64,000 nucleotides of DNA from Bacillota bacterium (GCA_029565935.1 JAKQNF010000027.1:6905-70904), one strand, 5' to 3'. Shown: positions 1 through 12,620, numbered from the stretch's first letter. Notes: generated by a model not told the origin, from the letters alone. Translations and numbers: made by a program.

Positions 1-1593
<1,593 letters not shown>

Positions 1594-1631
1594 CTATCAT
1601 TCAGATGCCGGCTCGCAGTTGAAGCCTATTC

Positions 1632-4600
1632 CTATTCCTCTTCTTCCTTCTCAGCTTCCGCTGCGATGTCAAGGTCGCCCAGATCGGGCAGTTCGTCTTC
1701 TTCGGAGTCCTCTGATTTGTCACCGCGGTCGATGCCCATCTTGTCTTCCTTGCCCAGCTTCAGCTCCTGGGCCGGGAATATGGACTCCTCCTCTTCCTCC
1801 CGGTTGCGTTCCTTGCCTGGCCTGCGATCCTCCATGTGCAAGTCCCCGCCTATCCTGTACGGCCTGGCTCCGAGGTCGAAGCCGAGGTCCTTGGCGGAAT
1901 CGGCGGCGTCCTCCTCGAGGTCTTTGATGCTGATCTCCTTCTCGTCACCTGCCATTATCCTAACGTCCAGGCTCAGCGACTGGAGCTCTTTGATCAGCAC
2001 CTTGAACGCTTCGGGGATCCCGGGGCCCGGTACGTTCTCGCCCTTCACTATCGCCGCATAGGTATTGACCCTGCCGATGATGTCGTCCGACTTAACGGTA
2101 AGCAGCTCCTGCAAGGTATTGGCCGCACCATACGCTTCTAGTGCCCACACTTCCATCTCACCGAACCTCTGTCCGCCGAACTGCGCCTTGCCGCCCAACG
2201 GCTGCTGCGTCACCAGCGAATACGGTCCCGTGGCCCTTGCGTGTATCTTGTCGTCCACAAGGTGCAGCAGCTTGAGGAAGTACGCGTATCCTACGGTCAC
2301 CGGGTTCGCGAACGGCTCGCCCGTCCTTCCGTCGTACAATACGGTCTTGCCGTCCTTGTTCCATCCGGCTTTTTCGAGCATGTCAATGATCTCCGTCTCG
2401 CGTGCGCCGTCGAACACGGGCGTCGCCACGTGCCTCTTGGCCATCTCGGGATGCTTCAGCGGATTGGGTACAACGGCCCTGCCGAGGTGGGTTTCGAGCA
2501 CCTGTCCTATGTTCATCCTCGAAGGTACGCCCAGCGGGTTAAGGACCACTTCGATCGGAGTCCCGTCCGGTAGAAACGGCATGTCCTCCTCCGGGAGTAT
2601 CCTGGCAATGACGCCCTTGTTGCCGTGGCGGCCAGCCATCTTGTCGCCCTCAGATATCTTCCTCTTCTGGGCCACGTATACCCTGACCAGCTTAATGACG
2701 CCATGGCCGAGCTCGTCGCCTTTGTCCCTTGTGAAGACGTCCACCGAGACGACCTTGCCCGATTCACCGTGGGGCACCTTGAGCGATGTATCCCTGACTT
2801 CCCTGGCCTTCTCGCCGAATATGGCCCTGAGCAGCTTCTCTTCCGGTGTCAGCTCGGTCTCGCCCTTGGGGGTGACCTTGCCTACGAGTATGTCCCCGGC
2901 CCTGACTTCGGCGCCTACTCTTATGATGCCCTCGACGTCGAGGTCCTTTAGGGCCTCTTCGCCTTGGTTGGGTATATCGCGGGTAATCTCCTCGTCACCG
3001 AGTTTGGTCTGCCTGGCCTCGCACTCGTATTCCTCGATGTGTATCGAGGTGAAGACATCATCCTTTACCAGCTTCTCGCTCAGCAGGATGGCGTCCTCGT
3101 AGTTGTAGCCCTCCCAGGGCAAGAACGCGATGAGCACGTTCCTTCCCAGGGCCATCTCTCCCATGTCGGTTGCGGGCCCGTCGGCTATTACCTCACCCTT
3201 GGCCACACGGTCGCCGAGCCTCACCACGGGCTTCTGGTTGATGCATGTGCCCTGGTTGGACCTCTTGTACTTCATGAGCGGATAATGCTCTTCCTCCCCG
3301 TCATCGTACTGCATCACGATGTCCTGGGCGTCCACCCTGACTACCTGGCCCTCGCGGCTGGATGTGACTACGATGCCGGAGTCCACCGCGGCCCTATATT
3401 CCATGCCTGTGCCCACCAGAGGCGCTTCTGCCTTGATGAGGGGCACGGCCTGGCGCTGCATGTTCGCGCCCATCAACGCACGGCCCGCGTCGTCATGCTC
3501 GAGGAAGGGGATAAGCGCCGTAGCTATTGACACGATCTGCTTGGGCGATACGTCGATGTAGTCCACCTGTGCTACGTCGGACACGATGATCTTGTCCTTG
3601 TACCTGGCTTCTACCCTGTTCCTGACGAACTTGCCCTCGTCGTCGAGCTGCTCGTTGGCCTGGGCGATGATATATATGTCCTCTTCGTCGGCCGTGAGAT
3701 ATTCGATCTCTCCGGTAACCTTGCCGTCGAGGACTCTCATGTACGGTGTCTGTATGAATCCGTACGGGTTGATCTTCGAGTAGTTGCACAATGCGCCGAT
3801 GAGGCCGATGTTCGGACCTTCGGGAGTCTCGATCGGGCATATCCTTCCGTAGTGGCTGTGATGTACGTCCCTGACTTCGAATCCTGCATGTTCCCTGTTC
3901 AATCCTCCAGGGCCCAGGGCGGATAACCTTCTCTTATGGGTCAGCTCCGCCAGCGGGTTGGTCTGGTCCATGAACTGGGAAAGCTGCGAAGAGCCGAAGA
4001 ATTCCTTCAGCGCCGCCACGACGGGCCTGAAGTTTATCAGCGTCTGGGGCATAACCACCTCGACGTCCTGCAGGGTCATGCGCTCCCTGATGAGCCTCTC
4101 CATCCTGGAAAGGCCTATCCTGAACTGGTTCTGTAGGAGCTCGCCCACCGTCTTGAGCCTCCTGTTGCCGAGATGGTCTATGTCGTCCGTGCCGCCGATC
4201 CCGTAATGGAGGTTTATCAAGTAGTTGACGGTCGAGACCATGTCGTCGGGGGTGACGATCTTCTTGTCTTCGGGTATGAAGCCGTTACCCTGCACCTTGA
4301 GCTCCTTGCCACTGCCGTCCGGCGATTGAATCCACGCCTCTGAGATATGCTTGGCCCTCGCGTCCTTCTTGAGCTCCTGGGCCTTCCTGCGGTCGATGAG
4401 CGTACCAGCGGGCACGAGCACGTCGCCCTCCTTGATCTCGCCGGTTTCCTTGTCGATCTCGCCAGGGAGCCTTATGTCCCTCGTGAGGGTGCGGTCTATC
4501 AAGCGCTCCCAGATATTGAGCTTCTTGTTCACCTTATAGCGCCCGACCTCTGCCAGGTCGTACTTCTTGTCCTGGAAATAAAGCTGCTCGAGGACGGTCT

Positions 4601-5579
4601 GTCCGTATGGCGCTATCTCCGAGACGATCTTCGCCTTCTCGTCGGGGTCGATGCTCTTCTTAGAGAGCTCCTTCGCTCCTTGCATCGAAGTGAAGTCGTC
4701 CGGTCTCATCGTCTTGTAGATCTCGACAAGGGCCTCCTCCCTGTTCTTGGAGGGATCCCTCTTTATCGTGGTCTGGATGAGCTCGTCGTTGTTGAACAGC
4801 TGCAGTATGTCCTCGTCTGAGCTATAGCCCAACGCCCTTAAGAGGACCGTCACAGGGAACTTGTGGTTCCTGTCAAGCTTCACGCCAATGCCTCTTAATG
4901 AGCTGGCATCCAGCTCGAACCATGCTCCCCTGTTGGGGATTATGCTGGCATTGAAGATGTTCACCCCGTCCTTGTTCTCGTCACCGAAGTAGACTCCGGG
5001 GGAGCGGACGAGTTGCGTTACGATTACCCTCTCGGTGCCGTTGATGATGAATGTGCCTCGGTCGGTCATCACGGGGAAATCCCCGACGAAGACCTCCTGC
5101 GTCACTATCTCGCTTGTGTTCTTGTTGACCAGCTTGACGTCGATGTGCAGGCGTGACGAGTAGGTGACGTCGCGCCTTTTGCATTCTTCCACCGAGTAGG
5201 TAGGCGGTTCGAACCTGTGGCTCATGAACTCGAGCACCAAGTTGTGCGTAAAGGCCTCTACGGGGGAAATCTCCCTGTAGGTATCCGTCAGGCCCTTGCT
5301 TATGAACCACTCATATGACTGCTTCTGGATGTCCAGCAGGTTCGGGACCTCTTCGATGTCCTTGATCCTTGAGAAGCTCAAGCGCTGCCTGCGCCTCGAT
5401 ACGAGCTGCGCCGGCATGGTCTTGGTCTCTGGCTTTTTCGCCTTGGACTGCTTCTTCGCCTGTACCGTTACATCTGATGCAGTAACGCCGGTCTTGGTGT
5501 TGACGACCTTCTCCTTGGCCTTCTTGGCAGTCTGCTTCTCCACACTCTGGGTCGTCGTCTTCTTCTCTTCTGAAGCCAA
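1632..5579 (-). CDS. rpoB: DNA-directed RNA polymerase subunit beta, 1315 aa, TTG start with GAGGAGGT SD
   Basis: ORF track. Conserved [13 protein letters not shown] and [14 protein letters not shown] motifs. Lies between rplL and rpoC. Carries unusual K/T-rich N-terminal and acidic C-terminal extensions. Confidence 0.95.
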   Translation of the reverse strand: MASEEKKTTTQSVEKQTAKKAKEKVVNTKTGVTASDVTVQAKKQSKAKKPETKTMPAQLVSRRRQRLSFSRIKDIEEVPNLLDIQKQSYEWFISKGLTDTYREISPVEAFTHNLVLEFMSHRFEPPTYSVEECKRRDVTYSSRLHIDVKLVNKNTSEIVTQEVFVGDFPVMTDRGTFIINGTERVIVTQLVRSPGVYFGDENKDGVNIFNASIIPNRGAWFELDASSLRGIGVKLDRNHKFPVTVLLRALGYSSDEDILQLFNNDELIQTTIKRDPSKNREEALVEIYKTMRPDDFTSMQGAKELSKKSIDPDEKAKIVSEIAPYGQTVLEQLYFQDKKYDLAEVGRYKVNKKLNIWERLIDRTLTRDIRLPGEIDKETGEIKEGDVLVPAGTLIDRRKAQELKKDARAKHISEAWIQSPDGSGKELKVQGNGFIPEDKKIVTPDDMVSTVNYLINLHYGIGGTDDIDHLGNRRLKTVGELLQNQFRIGLSRMERLIRERMTLQDVEVVMPQTLINFRPVVAALKEFFGSSQLSQFMDQTNPLAELTHKRRLSALGPGGLNREHAGFEVRDVHHSHYGRICPIETPEGPNIGLIGALCNYSKINPYGFIQTPYMRVLDGKVTGEIEYLTADEEDIYIIAQANEQLDDEGKFVRNRVEARYKDKIIVSDVAQVDYIDVSPKQIVSIATALIPFLEHDDAGRALMGANMQRQAVPLIKAEAPLVGTGMEYRAAVDSGIVVTSSREGQVVRVDAQDIVMQYDDGEEEHYPLMKYKRSNQGTCINQKPVVRLGDRVAKGEVIADGPATDMGEMALGRNVLIAFLPWEGYNYEDAILLSEKLVKDDVFTSIHIEEYECEARQTKLGDEEITRDIPNQGEEALKDLDVEGIIRVGAEVRAGDILVGKVTPKGETELTPEEKLLRAIFGEKAREVRDTSLKVPHGESGKVVSVDVFTRDKGDELGHGVIKLVRVYVAQKRKISEGDKMAGRHGNKGVIARILPEEDMPFLPDGTPIEVVLNPLGVPSRMNIGQVLETHLGRAVVPNPLKHPEMAKRHVATPVFDGARETEIIDMLEKAGWNKDGKTVLYDGRTGEPFANPVTVGYAYFLKLLHLVDDKIHARATGPYSLVTQQPLGGKAQFGGQRFGEMEVWALEAYGAANTLQELLTVKSDDIIGRVNTYAAIVKGENVPGPGIPEAFKVLIKELQSLSLDVRIMAGDEKEISIKDLEEDAADSAKDLGFDLGARPYRIGGDLHMEDRRPGKERNREEEEESIFPAQELKLGKEDKMGIDRGDKSEDSEEDELPDLGDLDIAAEAEKEEEE

Positions 5580-5835
5580 TGCTTGCCTACCTCCTCATGC
5601 TGCCGAGTCACATGGACACGACGGCAAAGATGCACTGCGAGGTGCTTGCCGGATAATAACTAATCACACGGCCCTCCGTTAAGTTAGGCGATTGCCAACA
5701 AGGTCCGTGCGGACTATACTAGAAGACAGGTAACATGATGATTATGCCATTACCTCTCCTTTGTAGGCTGCTACACGCCCAAATACGGGCAATATATTAT
5801 GTTACTACAGAACGACAAGTTTGTAAATAAGCAAA

Positions 5836-5857
5836 CGCCCCTCTTTTCAGAGGGGCG
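5836..5857 (-). terminator. Rho-independent terminator/attenuator after rplL (9-bp GC stem CGCCCCTCT/AGAGGGGCG, then TTTGCTTATTT on minus strand)
   Basis: Inverted repeat read directly. Classical position of the rplL-rpoB attenuator. Confidence 0.6.
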
Positions 5858-5873
5858 CCTTTTTATTATCGAG

Positions 5874-6248
5874 CTACTTTATCTCTACTGCTCCACCCTC
5901 GGCTTCGATCTTCTTCTTTATCTCTTCGGCTTCTTCCTTCTTGACGCCTTCCTTAATGGGTTTGGGCGGGTTGTCGACTAGGTCCTTGGCTTCCTTCAGG
6001 CCCAGGCCTGTGATCTCACGGATTATTTTGAGGACCTGGATCTTCTTGTCGCCTGCTGATGTCAAGATTGCGTCGAACTCTGTCTTCTCTTCTACTTCCG
6101 CCGCCGCTGCCGCAGGGGCTGCGCCCATCGCCATGCCCACGGGCATCGCCGCACTGACTCCGAACTTCTCCTCGAGGGCCTTTACCAGCTCGGAGAGCTC
6201 GAGAACGTTCATCTGCTCTACCGCTGCGATGATTTCCTCTCTTGTCAT
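5874..6248 (-). CDS. rplL: 50S ribosomal protein L7/L12
   Basis: [31 protein letters not shown]... typical L7/L12 N-terminus and Ala-rich hinge. Confidence 0.95.
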   Translation of the reverse strand: MTREEIIAAVEQMNVLELSELVKALEEKFGVSAAMPVGMAMGAAPAAAAAEVEEKTEFDAILTSAGDKKIQVLKIIREITGLGLKEAKDLVDNPPKPIKEGVKKEEAEEIKKKIEAEGGAVEIK

Positions 6249-6279
6249 TTCTATATCCTCCTTACTATGCCTTACCTAA

Positions 6280-6783
6280 TTAGTTCGCAGCCGTAGCTGC
6301 CTTCTTCTCTCTGATCTGGTCGAGGGCCCTTGCAAGGCCTGAGAGCGGCGCGTTGAGAGTACCGCATAGCATGGCGAGCAGTATCTCCCTGCTGGGAAGC
6401 TCCGCCAGCTTCATGACCTCTTCCTTGGACAGGGGCTTCGTGCCCATCATCCCGCCCTTTATGCTCAGGATCTTGGTCTCTCGGGCCGTGTCTGCAAGTA
6501 TCTTCGCGGGGGCAGTCAAATCGTCACCGCCGAAAGCGATCGACGTCGGGCCGTGCAGGAACTCATGCAATCCTATTATGCCCTTCTGCTCGGCTGCCTT
6601 TTCTATCAGGGTGTTCTTGGCGACCTTGTACTCGACGCCAGATTCTCTCAGCTTTCTCCTGAGCTTTGTGTCCTGCGCGACGGTCAGCCCCCTGTAGTCT
6701 GCGAAAACTATCGTCTTTGCTGCCGTTATCTTCTCGGCAAGCTCGGCGATCTTCTTCTCTTTCTCTACTGTTGGCAAGTTCAC
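6280..6783 (-). CDS. rplJ: 50S ribosomal protein L10
   Basis: ORF track. Position between rplA and rplL, size 167 aa. Confidence 0.9.
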   Translation of the reverse strand: MNLPTVEKEKKIAELAEKITAAKTIVFADYRGLTVAQDTKLRRKLRESGVEYKVAKNTLIEKAAEQKGIIGLHEFLHGPTSIAFGGDDLTAPAKILADTARETKILSIKGGMMGTKPLSKEEVMKLAELPSREILLAMLCGTLNAPLSGLARALDQIREKKAATAAN

Positions 6784-6964
6784 ACCTCCATTTCGCCGAT
6801 AGTAGCGTCTAAAGAAATCTCGGGCCTCCGGCGGCTTGATGCCGGAGGCCCGAGATGAAGCTCTTTCGTCTTCACGGCTCTCCGACCTCGGCAGGACGGT
6901 TCACCCGTTTATCCCTTTAGGGCTCCTGCTTTCTTAGGCCGTTCGTGAGGCTATATTCCTGCCT
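6784..6964 (-). promoter_or_regulatory. rplJ (L10) leader with 15-bp perfect hairpin (6819-6855) followed by TTTCTTT: candidate L10 autoregulatory leader/attenuator
   Basis: 181-nt rplA-rplJ spacer. TCTCGGGCCTCCGGC ... GCCGGAGGCCCGAGA inverted repeat seen directly. L10(L12)4 autoregulates via the rplJ leader in many bacteria. Confidence 0.5.
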
Positions 6965-7669
6965 TTACTTCTCCGCGGCTATGCCGGTCGAGCTCTGAGG
7001 GTTGAGCTTTATGCCGGGGCCCATCGTAGAAGCGATGGCAACGCTCTTAAGGTAAGTACCCTTGGCCGCCACGGGCTTGGCCTTCACCAATGCCTCCATG
7101 AGCGTCGATAGGTTGCTGATGATCTTTTCGGCATCGAAGGATACCTTCCCGATAGGTACGTGGACTATCGCGGTCTTATCGACCCTGTACTCCACCTTAC
7201 CGGCCTTGATCTCCTTGATGGCCTTCTCTACGTCGAAGGTCACCGTCCCGGTCTTGGGGTTCGGCATCAAGCCCTTGGGACCTAGTATCTTACCGAGCCT
7301 TCCTAGGGCGCCCATCATGTCGGGGGTCGCTACCACAACGTCAAAATCCAGGAAGTTCTCCTGCTGGATCTTCGCTGCGAGGTCCTCTGCACCGACGATG
7401 TCGGCCCCGGCGGCTTCGGCTTCCTTGGCCTTCTCTCCCTTTGCGAAAACTGCGACTTTCTTGGTCTTGCCGGTACCGTAAGGCAGCACTACCGCGCCGC
7501 GCACCTGCTGATCAGATTGTCTGGGGTCGATGCCCAGCCTTACGTGCAGCTCCACTGTCTCGTCGAACTTCGCGCTGGCTATCTCCTTCATGAGGGCGAC
7601 GGCTTCCTGCGGTTCATAGAGCTTGCTGCGGTCTACTTTCTTTAGCGCATCGATGTACTTCTTTGCCAC
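6965..7669 (-). CDS. rplA: 50S ribosomal protein L1
   Basis: ORF track, 234 aa, canonical order. Confidence 0.9.
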   Translation of the reverse strand: MAKKYIDALKKVDRSKLYEPQEAVALMKEIASAKFDETVELHVRLGIDPRQSDQQVRGAVVLPYGTGKTKKVAVFAKGEKAKEAEAAGADIVGAEDLAAKIQQENFLDFDVVVATPDMMGALGRLGKILGPKGLMPNPKTGTVTFDVEKAIKEIKAGKVEYRVDKTAIVHVPIGKVSFDAEKIISNLSTLMEALVKAKPVAAKGTYLKSVAIASTMGPGIKLNPQSSTGIAAEK

Positions 7670-7721
7670 GGTCTATTCCTCCTTGTGGTGCAGGCGGGCA
7701 TATGCCCTCCCACTGGTCCGC

Positions 7722-8150
7722 TTATTCCTCGGTGACTACGACGCCCATCGCCCTGGCCGATCCGGCCACCATGCTCATAGCCGCCTCAATCGTAGTGGCG
7801 TTGAGGTCGGGCATCTTTATCTTGGCGATTTCCTTAACCTTCGCCTGGTTGAGAGTGCCTACCTTTTCCTTGTTGGGCACTCCGCTGCCCTTTTCAATCC
7901 CGGCGTACTTCTTGATAAGGAACGACACCGGGGGTGTCTTCAGAACCATCGTGTAGGACCTGTCCTCATATACCGTCACTACTACGGGTATGATGGTCCC
8001 TACCTGGTCTGCGGTCCTGGCGTTGAAGTCCTTGGTGAAGCCGACAATGTTTATGCCCGTAGGCGCAAGCACGGGGCCCACCGGAGGTGCCGGCGTAGCC
8101 TTTCCGGCATTAAGCTGCAATTTCACTATAGCTGTGACTTTCTTGGCCAT
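7722..8150 (-). CDS. rplK: 50S ribosomal protein L11
   Basis: [35 protein letters not shown]... L11 signature. Confidence 0.95.
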   Translation of the reverse strand: MAKKVTAIVKLQLNAGKATPAPPVGPVLAPTGINIVGFTKDFNARTADQVGTIIPVVVTVYEDRSYTMVLKTPPVSFLIKKYAGIEKGSGVPNKEKVGTLNQAKVKEIAKIKMPDLNATTIEAAMSMVAGSARAMGVVVTEE

Positions 8151-8203
8151 TTTGCGAAATCCCCTCTCAAACTAACACTAATCTCAAGGCCGGTGGCTTC
8201 CGG

Positions 8204-8740
8204 CTATATCTTCTCCGCCTGATCCATGTCGAGTTCCACAAGTGTGTCCCTTCCGAACATCGACACCATGACGCGCATCTTGCCCTTGTCATGCATGATT
8301 TCCTGCACGGTGCCGGTGTATATCATCGACGGGCCCAGGATCACCTTCAAAGTCTCGCCGACCTCGAAATTGACTTTCGGCCTGGAAGGATCAATTATAC
8401 CCATCATTCTGAGTATCTTGTACGCTTCATCGTCGCCGAGGGGTATGGGCTTGTTGCCGGACCCTACGAAACTCGTGACGCCGGGAGTATTCCTCACGAC
8501 ATACCACGAATCATCGCTCATGGTCATCTCGACTAGGACATAGCTAGGGAAGATCTTCCTCTGAACGACCTTCTTCTTGCCGTCGCGCATCTCGGTGCTC
8601 TCTTCCGTAGGCACCAGGACGCGGAAGATCTTATCCTCCATGCCCAGGTTCTTTATGCGATTCTCGAGATTGGCCTTGACCTTGTTCTCGTAGCCTGAGT
8701 ATGTGTGTATCACAAACCAGGACGGCTTTATCTCGCTCAT
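8204..8740 (-). CDS. nusG: Transcription termination/antitermination factor NusG
   Basis: 178 aa. NGN-KOW architecture (WYVVRNTPGV, KOW-like C-terminus). secE-nusG-rplK order. Confidence 0.9.
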   Translation of the reverse strand: MSEIKPSWFVIHTYSGYENKVKANLENRIKNLGMEDKIFRVLVPTEESTEMRDGKKKVVQRKIFPSYVLVEMTMSDDSWYVVRNTPGVTSFVGSGNKPIPLGDDEAYKILRMMGIIDPSRPKVNFEVGETLKVILGPSMIYTGTVQEIMHDKGKMRVMVSMFGRDTLVELDMDQAEKI

Positions 8741-8764
8741 GTCCTCCCCCTTGCTCCGGGAGCC

Positions 8765-8992
8765 CTATTTAACGACCGCTTGTATGACCGCTGAGAGGCC
8801 GTAGTCAATAAGGCCGAGGAAAGCCGCGACTATTGCCACGGTTCCTATAACCACCAGCGTATATGCGGTGAGCTCCTTTTTATTGGGCCACTGCACCTTC
8901 TTGAACTCGGCGCGAACGTCACGGAAGAACTTGCTTATCCTTCCGAAGAAGCTCTTTATACGCTGGGTCAATCCGGGATTGTTCTCGGCCAT
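8765..8992 (-). CDS. secE: Preprotein translocase subunit SecE
   Basis: 75 aa, single C-terminal TM helix, between rpmG and nusG. Confidence 0.85.
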   Translation of the reverse strand: MAENNPGLTQRIKSFFGRISKFFRDVRAEFKKVQWPNKKELTAYTLVVIGTVAIVAAFLGLIDYGLSAVIQAVVK

Positions 8993-9019
8993 CGTGTTTA
9001 CCCCCTAGTCGTTGTCAGC

Positions 9020-9169
9020 CTACCTCGTCTCCTTGTGTGCCGTGTGCTTCCTGCAGAACTTGCAGTACTTGGACAGTTCTATCCTGTCGGGGTCGTTGCG
9101 CTTGTTCTTGTTGGTCTGGTAATTCTTGTTCTTGCACTCGGTGCACTGAAGCGTGATGCCCTCCCGCAT
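9020..9169 (-). CDS. rpmG: 50S ribosomal protein L33
   Basis: [49 protein letters not shown]. Internal ATG at 9169 preceded by AAGGAGGAG. Track ORF is N-terminally over-extended. Confidence 0.9.
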   Translation of the reverse strand: MREGITLQCTECKNKNYQTNKNKRNDPDRIELSKYCKFCRKHTAHKETR

Positions 9170-9297
9170 TGGGTACTCCTCCTTAGAAAGGCTATTGGGG
9201 CTCTTTAAGTACTTTGCATAGCCCGCGCTAGGGGATGCAATCAAAAAGGTCCCTTATAATCGACAATAATTAAGACCCCCATGGGGTCGCACAATGG

Positions 9298-9326
9298 AGT
9301 TTACCATAATGCATCCACTGAATCAA
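9298..9326 (-). promoter_or_regulatory. Sigma-A-type promoter for rpmG-secE-nusG: -35 TTGATT, 17-nt spacer, extended -10 TGGTAAACT
   Basis: Hexamers read on minus strand about 130 nt upstream of rpmG. Confidence 0.45.
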
Positions 9327-9359
9327 TACTTTTCGCCGAATCCGTACGCCCCGCCCTAA

Positions 9360-10218
<859 letters not shown>

Positions 10219-10235
10219 ATTGTCTTTCAAGAATA

Positions 10236-10354
10236 TTCCGGCGGCGTCCTACTCTCCCGGGCCGTTGCCAGCCGAGTACCATCGGCGCTGGAGGGCTTAA
10301 CTACTGTGTTCGGAATGGGAACAGGTGTGGCCCCTCCGCCTTTACCACCGGAAA
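10236..10354 (-). rRNA. rrf: 5S ribosomal RNA (orphan copy embedded in tRNA operon)
   Basis: Minus-strand sequence ...CACACCTGTTCCCATTCCGAACACAGTAGTTAAGCCCTCCAGCGCCGATGGTACT...GGGAGAGTAGGACGCCGCCGG matches universal 5S loop C/helix IV motifs. Helix I CCGGUGG/CCGCCGG pairs. Ends approximate within a few nt. Confidence 0.85.
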
Positions 10355-10384
10355 ACCTAAGGGTTTCCCCATATTTCCTTATGG

Positions 10385-10470
10385 TGGTGGAGAGAGGTGG
10401 ATTCGAACCACCGTACCCATCCGGGAACAGATTTACAGTCTGTCGCCTTTAGCCGCTCGGCCATCTCTCC
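10385..10470 (-). tRNA. tRNA-Tyr(GTA), long variable arm
   Basis: GGAGAGATGGCCGAGCGGCTAAAGGCGACAGACTGTAAATCTG... ACCA. Confidence 0.85.
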
Positions 10471-10490
10471 ACGATTACCTACTTGTCTTC

Positions 10491-10565
10491 TGGAGCCGAC
10501 GATGGGATTCGAACCCGCAACCTGCTGATTACAAATCAGCTGCTCTACCGTTGAGCTACGTCGGC
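10491..10565 (-). tRNA. tRNA-Thr(TGT)
   Basis: GCCGACGTAGCTCAACGGTAGAGCAGCTGATTTGTAATCAGC... Confidence 0.85.
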
Positions 10566-10577
10566 GAGGCATATGTT

Positions 10578-10607
10578 ATATTACCATTTGGGAATCGGGT
10601 GCGTCAA
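10578..10607 (-). promoter_or_regulatory. Near-consensus promoter for the tRNA/5S operon: -35 TTGACG, 18-nt spacer, -10 TAATAT
   Basis: Read on minus strand immediately upstream of tRNA-Thr(TGT). Confidence 0.55.
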
Positions 10608-10617
10608 TAATCAAAAA

Positions 10618-11403
10618 TCATCCTTGCTGCACCCTTTTGGATATCGCCCACATCGCGATGGACGATGCTACGGCGGCGTTCAAAGACTCTACACCGCCCT
10701 TCATAGGTATAGAGACGAGGCCGTCCAGTACGGCCCTTACGCCGTTAGAAAGACCTGCGCCTTCCGAACCGACCACAAGGCAGTACGGCATTGTGAGCAC
10801 GATCGCGTCCACGGGATCGCCGTCCATATCGAGCCCGTATACCTTGCATCCGCAGTCCTTAAGCCCCTGAAGAGATCCCGCCAAGTTCTTGAGGTGCAGT
10901 ATGTCCAGCCTGTATATAGACCCCATGCTCGCCCTGGCCACTTTAGGGGAATAAGCCTTCGCAGTCTCACCGCCAAGGAGCACTGCCCCGTAACCGAATG
11001 CTGCAGCGGACCTTATTATCGTGCCGACGTTCCCTGGATCTTGTACGCCGTCCAGCGCCACCGCCGGTTTTTCTAGGTCGATCCCCACTGCCGAGTTCCA
11101 CGAAGCCACGGCGACGATGCCCCTGGGATGCTCAGTATCGCACATGTACTGGAGCACGTCTTCGGATACTTCAATCACCTCTGCGCCTGATTCCTCGGCT
11201 CGAAGGAGGATGCTGCCAGTCTCCTCGATGGCATGCGCCTTAGGAGAGATGTAGATGCTCAACAGCCGCGCACCGGCGTCTATGGAGTCCGCCACCAACC
11301 TCTGGCCCTCAAGACACACCAAACCCTCCTCCGGCTTGCTGAGGAGCGACCTGTATCTCTTAATCTTGTCGTTGGACCTTGAGGTTATCATGCCGAGCTC
11401 CAA
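10618..11403 (-). CDS. TrmH/SpoU-family RNA 2-prime-O-methyltransferase (RlmB-like)
   Basis: 261 aa. SPOUT motifs (GVQDPGNVGTIIRSAAAFG, VVGSEGAGLS, ESLNAAVASSIAMW). Confidence 0.75.
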   Translation of the reverse strand: MELGMITSRSNDKIKRYRSLLSKPEEGLVCLEGQRLVADSIDAGARLLSIYISPKAHAIEETGSILLRAEESGAEVIEVSEDVLQYMCDTEHPRGIVAVASWNSAVGIDLEKPAVALDGVQDPGNVGTIIRSAAAFGYGAVLLGGETAKAYSPKVARASMGSIYRLDILHLKNLAGSLQGLKDCGCKVYGLDMDGDPVDAIVLTMPYCLVVGSEGAGLSNGVRAVLDGLVSIPMKGGVESLNAAVASSIAMWAISKRVQQG

Positions 11404-11449
11404 AATATGGCGGCCCGTTAGGGCCGCCGTGTTCCCTATGGTCCTATGA

Positions 11450-11812
11450 TCACTGCTTGATCAAGCCCAGCTTCGCTTTCTCGGCTAGCTCGGTGAAGGC
11501 CGAGGCGTCGCGCACTGCGATATCGGCCAGCACCTTGCGGTTGACCTCAACGCCGGTCGCCTTAAGGCCTGCGATGAACCTGCTGTAAGACAGCCCGTTC
11601 AACCTCGAGGCCGCATTTATCCTGGCAATCCAGAGCTTCCTGAACTCGCGCTTGCGGTTACGCCTGTCACGATAGGAATATGTAAGTGAATGGAGCATCG
11701 CCTCATGGGCGCGCCTCCATATCTTGCTCTTCGCTCCCGTAAAGCCCTTCGCGTACTTGAGTGTCTTGTTATGCCTTCTCTTTGATACGAAACCGCCCTT
11801 TACCCTTGCCAT
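11450..11812 (-). CDS. rplT: 50S ribosomal protein L20
   Basis: [24 protein letters not shown]... canonical L20. Confidence 0.95.
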   Translation of the reverse strand: MARVKGGFVSKRRHNKTLKYAKGFTGAKSKIWRRAHEAMLHSLTYSYRDRRNRKREFRKLWIARINAASRLNGLSYSRFIAGLKATGVEVNRKVLADIAVRDASAFTELAEKAKLGLIKQ

Positions 11813-11849
11813 TATCTGTCACTCCCTCGTAAAATCTGCTTGCCTCTAC

Positions 11850-12047
11850 CTAGGAGTAGGGCAACATGCGGTGGATGTTAGCGGCGGTCCCGCTGTCTGC
11901 TATCTTCGTGCCCCTCTTGACCCTAATCGCCTTGGGGGTCTTGTGTTCCAGCTTGTGCCTCTTGCCGGTCTTCTGGAACTTCACTTTTCCGGTGCCTGTG
12001 ATCTTGATCCTCTTGGAGGCACCCTTATGGGTCTTCATCTTAGGCAT
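11850..12047 (-). CDS. rpmI: 50S ribosomal protein L35
   Basis: [22 protein letters not shown]... canonical L35. Confidence 0.95.
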   Translation of the reverse strand: MPKMKTHKGASKRIKITGTGKVKFQKTGKRHKLEHKTPKAIRVKRGTKIADSGTAANIHRMLPYS

Positions 12048-12086
12048 CTGCTTGTCCTCCCTGACGCATATGATGCGTTGAACTTA

Positions 12087-12599
12087 TCAGCCCTGTTTCG
12101 GGGCCAGTATGGTGAACATGTTGCGACCCTCAATCATCGGGGGCCTTTCTACTACAGCGACTTCGCTCAGCAGTTCGGTGAGCTTCAGAAGGTGTCTCTG
12201 GCCGAGCTCAGGATGTGCCATCTCGCGGCCCCTGAACCTTATGGTCGCTTTGACCTTGTCGCCTTCCCTGAGCCACTTATCGGCTGCTTTGTACCAGACG
12301 TTGAAGTCATGCTCGCCGATCTTGACACTCATCCTTATTTCCTTTACGTCGACCACATGCTGCTTCTTCCTGGCCTCGCGCTCCTTCTTCGTCTGCTCGT
12401 ACTTGAACTTTCCGTAGTCCATGATCTTGCATACGGGAGGCTTGGCGGCAGGCGCTACTTCAACGAGGTCCAGGTTCCTGTCCACGGCGGCTTTGACGGC
12501 ATCTCTGATGTTCATGATCCCCAGCTGTTCTCCGTCCTCCGTAACCACGCGCACTTCCCTCGAGCGTATCTCGTCGTTGATGTAGAGTTCTTTGCCGAT
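12087..12599 (-). CDS. infC: Translation initiation factor IF-3 with non-AUG (AUC, possibly AUA at 12605) start
   Basis: In-frame upstream residues IGKELYINDEIRSREVRVVTEDGEQLGI continue the IF-3 N-domain beyond the GTG chosen by the track. Frame is closed by TGA at 12606-12608. GGGGGTGA SD sits 7 nt before ATC at 12599. Confidence 0.8.
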   Translation of the reverse strand: MGKELYINDEIRSREVRVVTEDGEQLGIMNIRDAVKAAVDRNLDLVEVAPAAKPPVCKIMDYGKFKYEQTKKEREARKKQHVVDVKEIRMSVKIGEHDFNVWYKAADKWLREGDKVKATIRFRGREMAHPELGQRHLLKLTELLSEVAVVERPPMIEGRNMFTILAPKQG

Positions 12600-12620
12600 A
12601 GTTATTCACCCCCATAAAAT

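Noticed and set aside
2065-3102. Long plus-strand ORFs antisense to real genes (e.g. 2065-3102, 11724-12617, 19447-20505, 23948-24952, 45966-47123)
   Set aside because: Every one lies opposite a confidently identified minus-strand gene. They encode Ser/Thr/Pro/Ala/Arg-rich low-complexity peptides typical of the antisense frame of GC-rich coding DNA. They lack SD sequences.
5580-5835. Possible small ORF/structured RNA in the 294-nt rplL-rpoB spacer
   Set aside because: Only a trivial 2-codon ORF follows the AAAGGAGAGG SD-like sequence. The spacer is best explained as the classical attenuator plus internal rpoB promoter (TTGTCG...TATATT).
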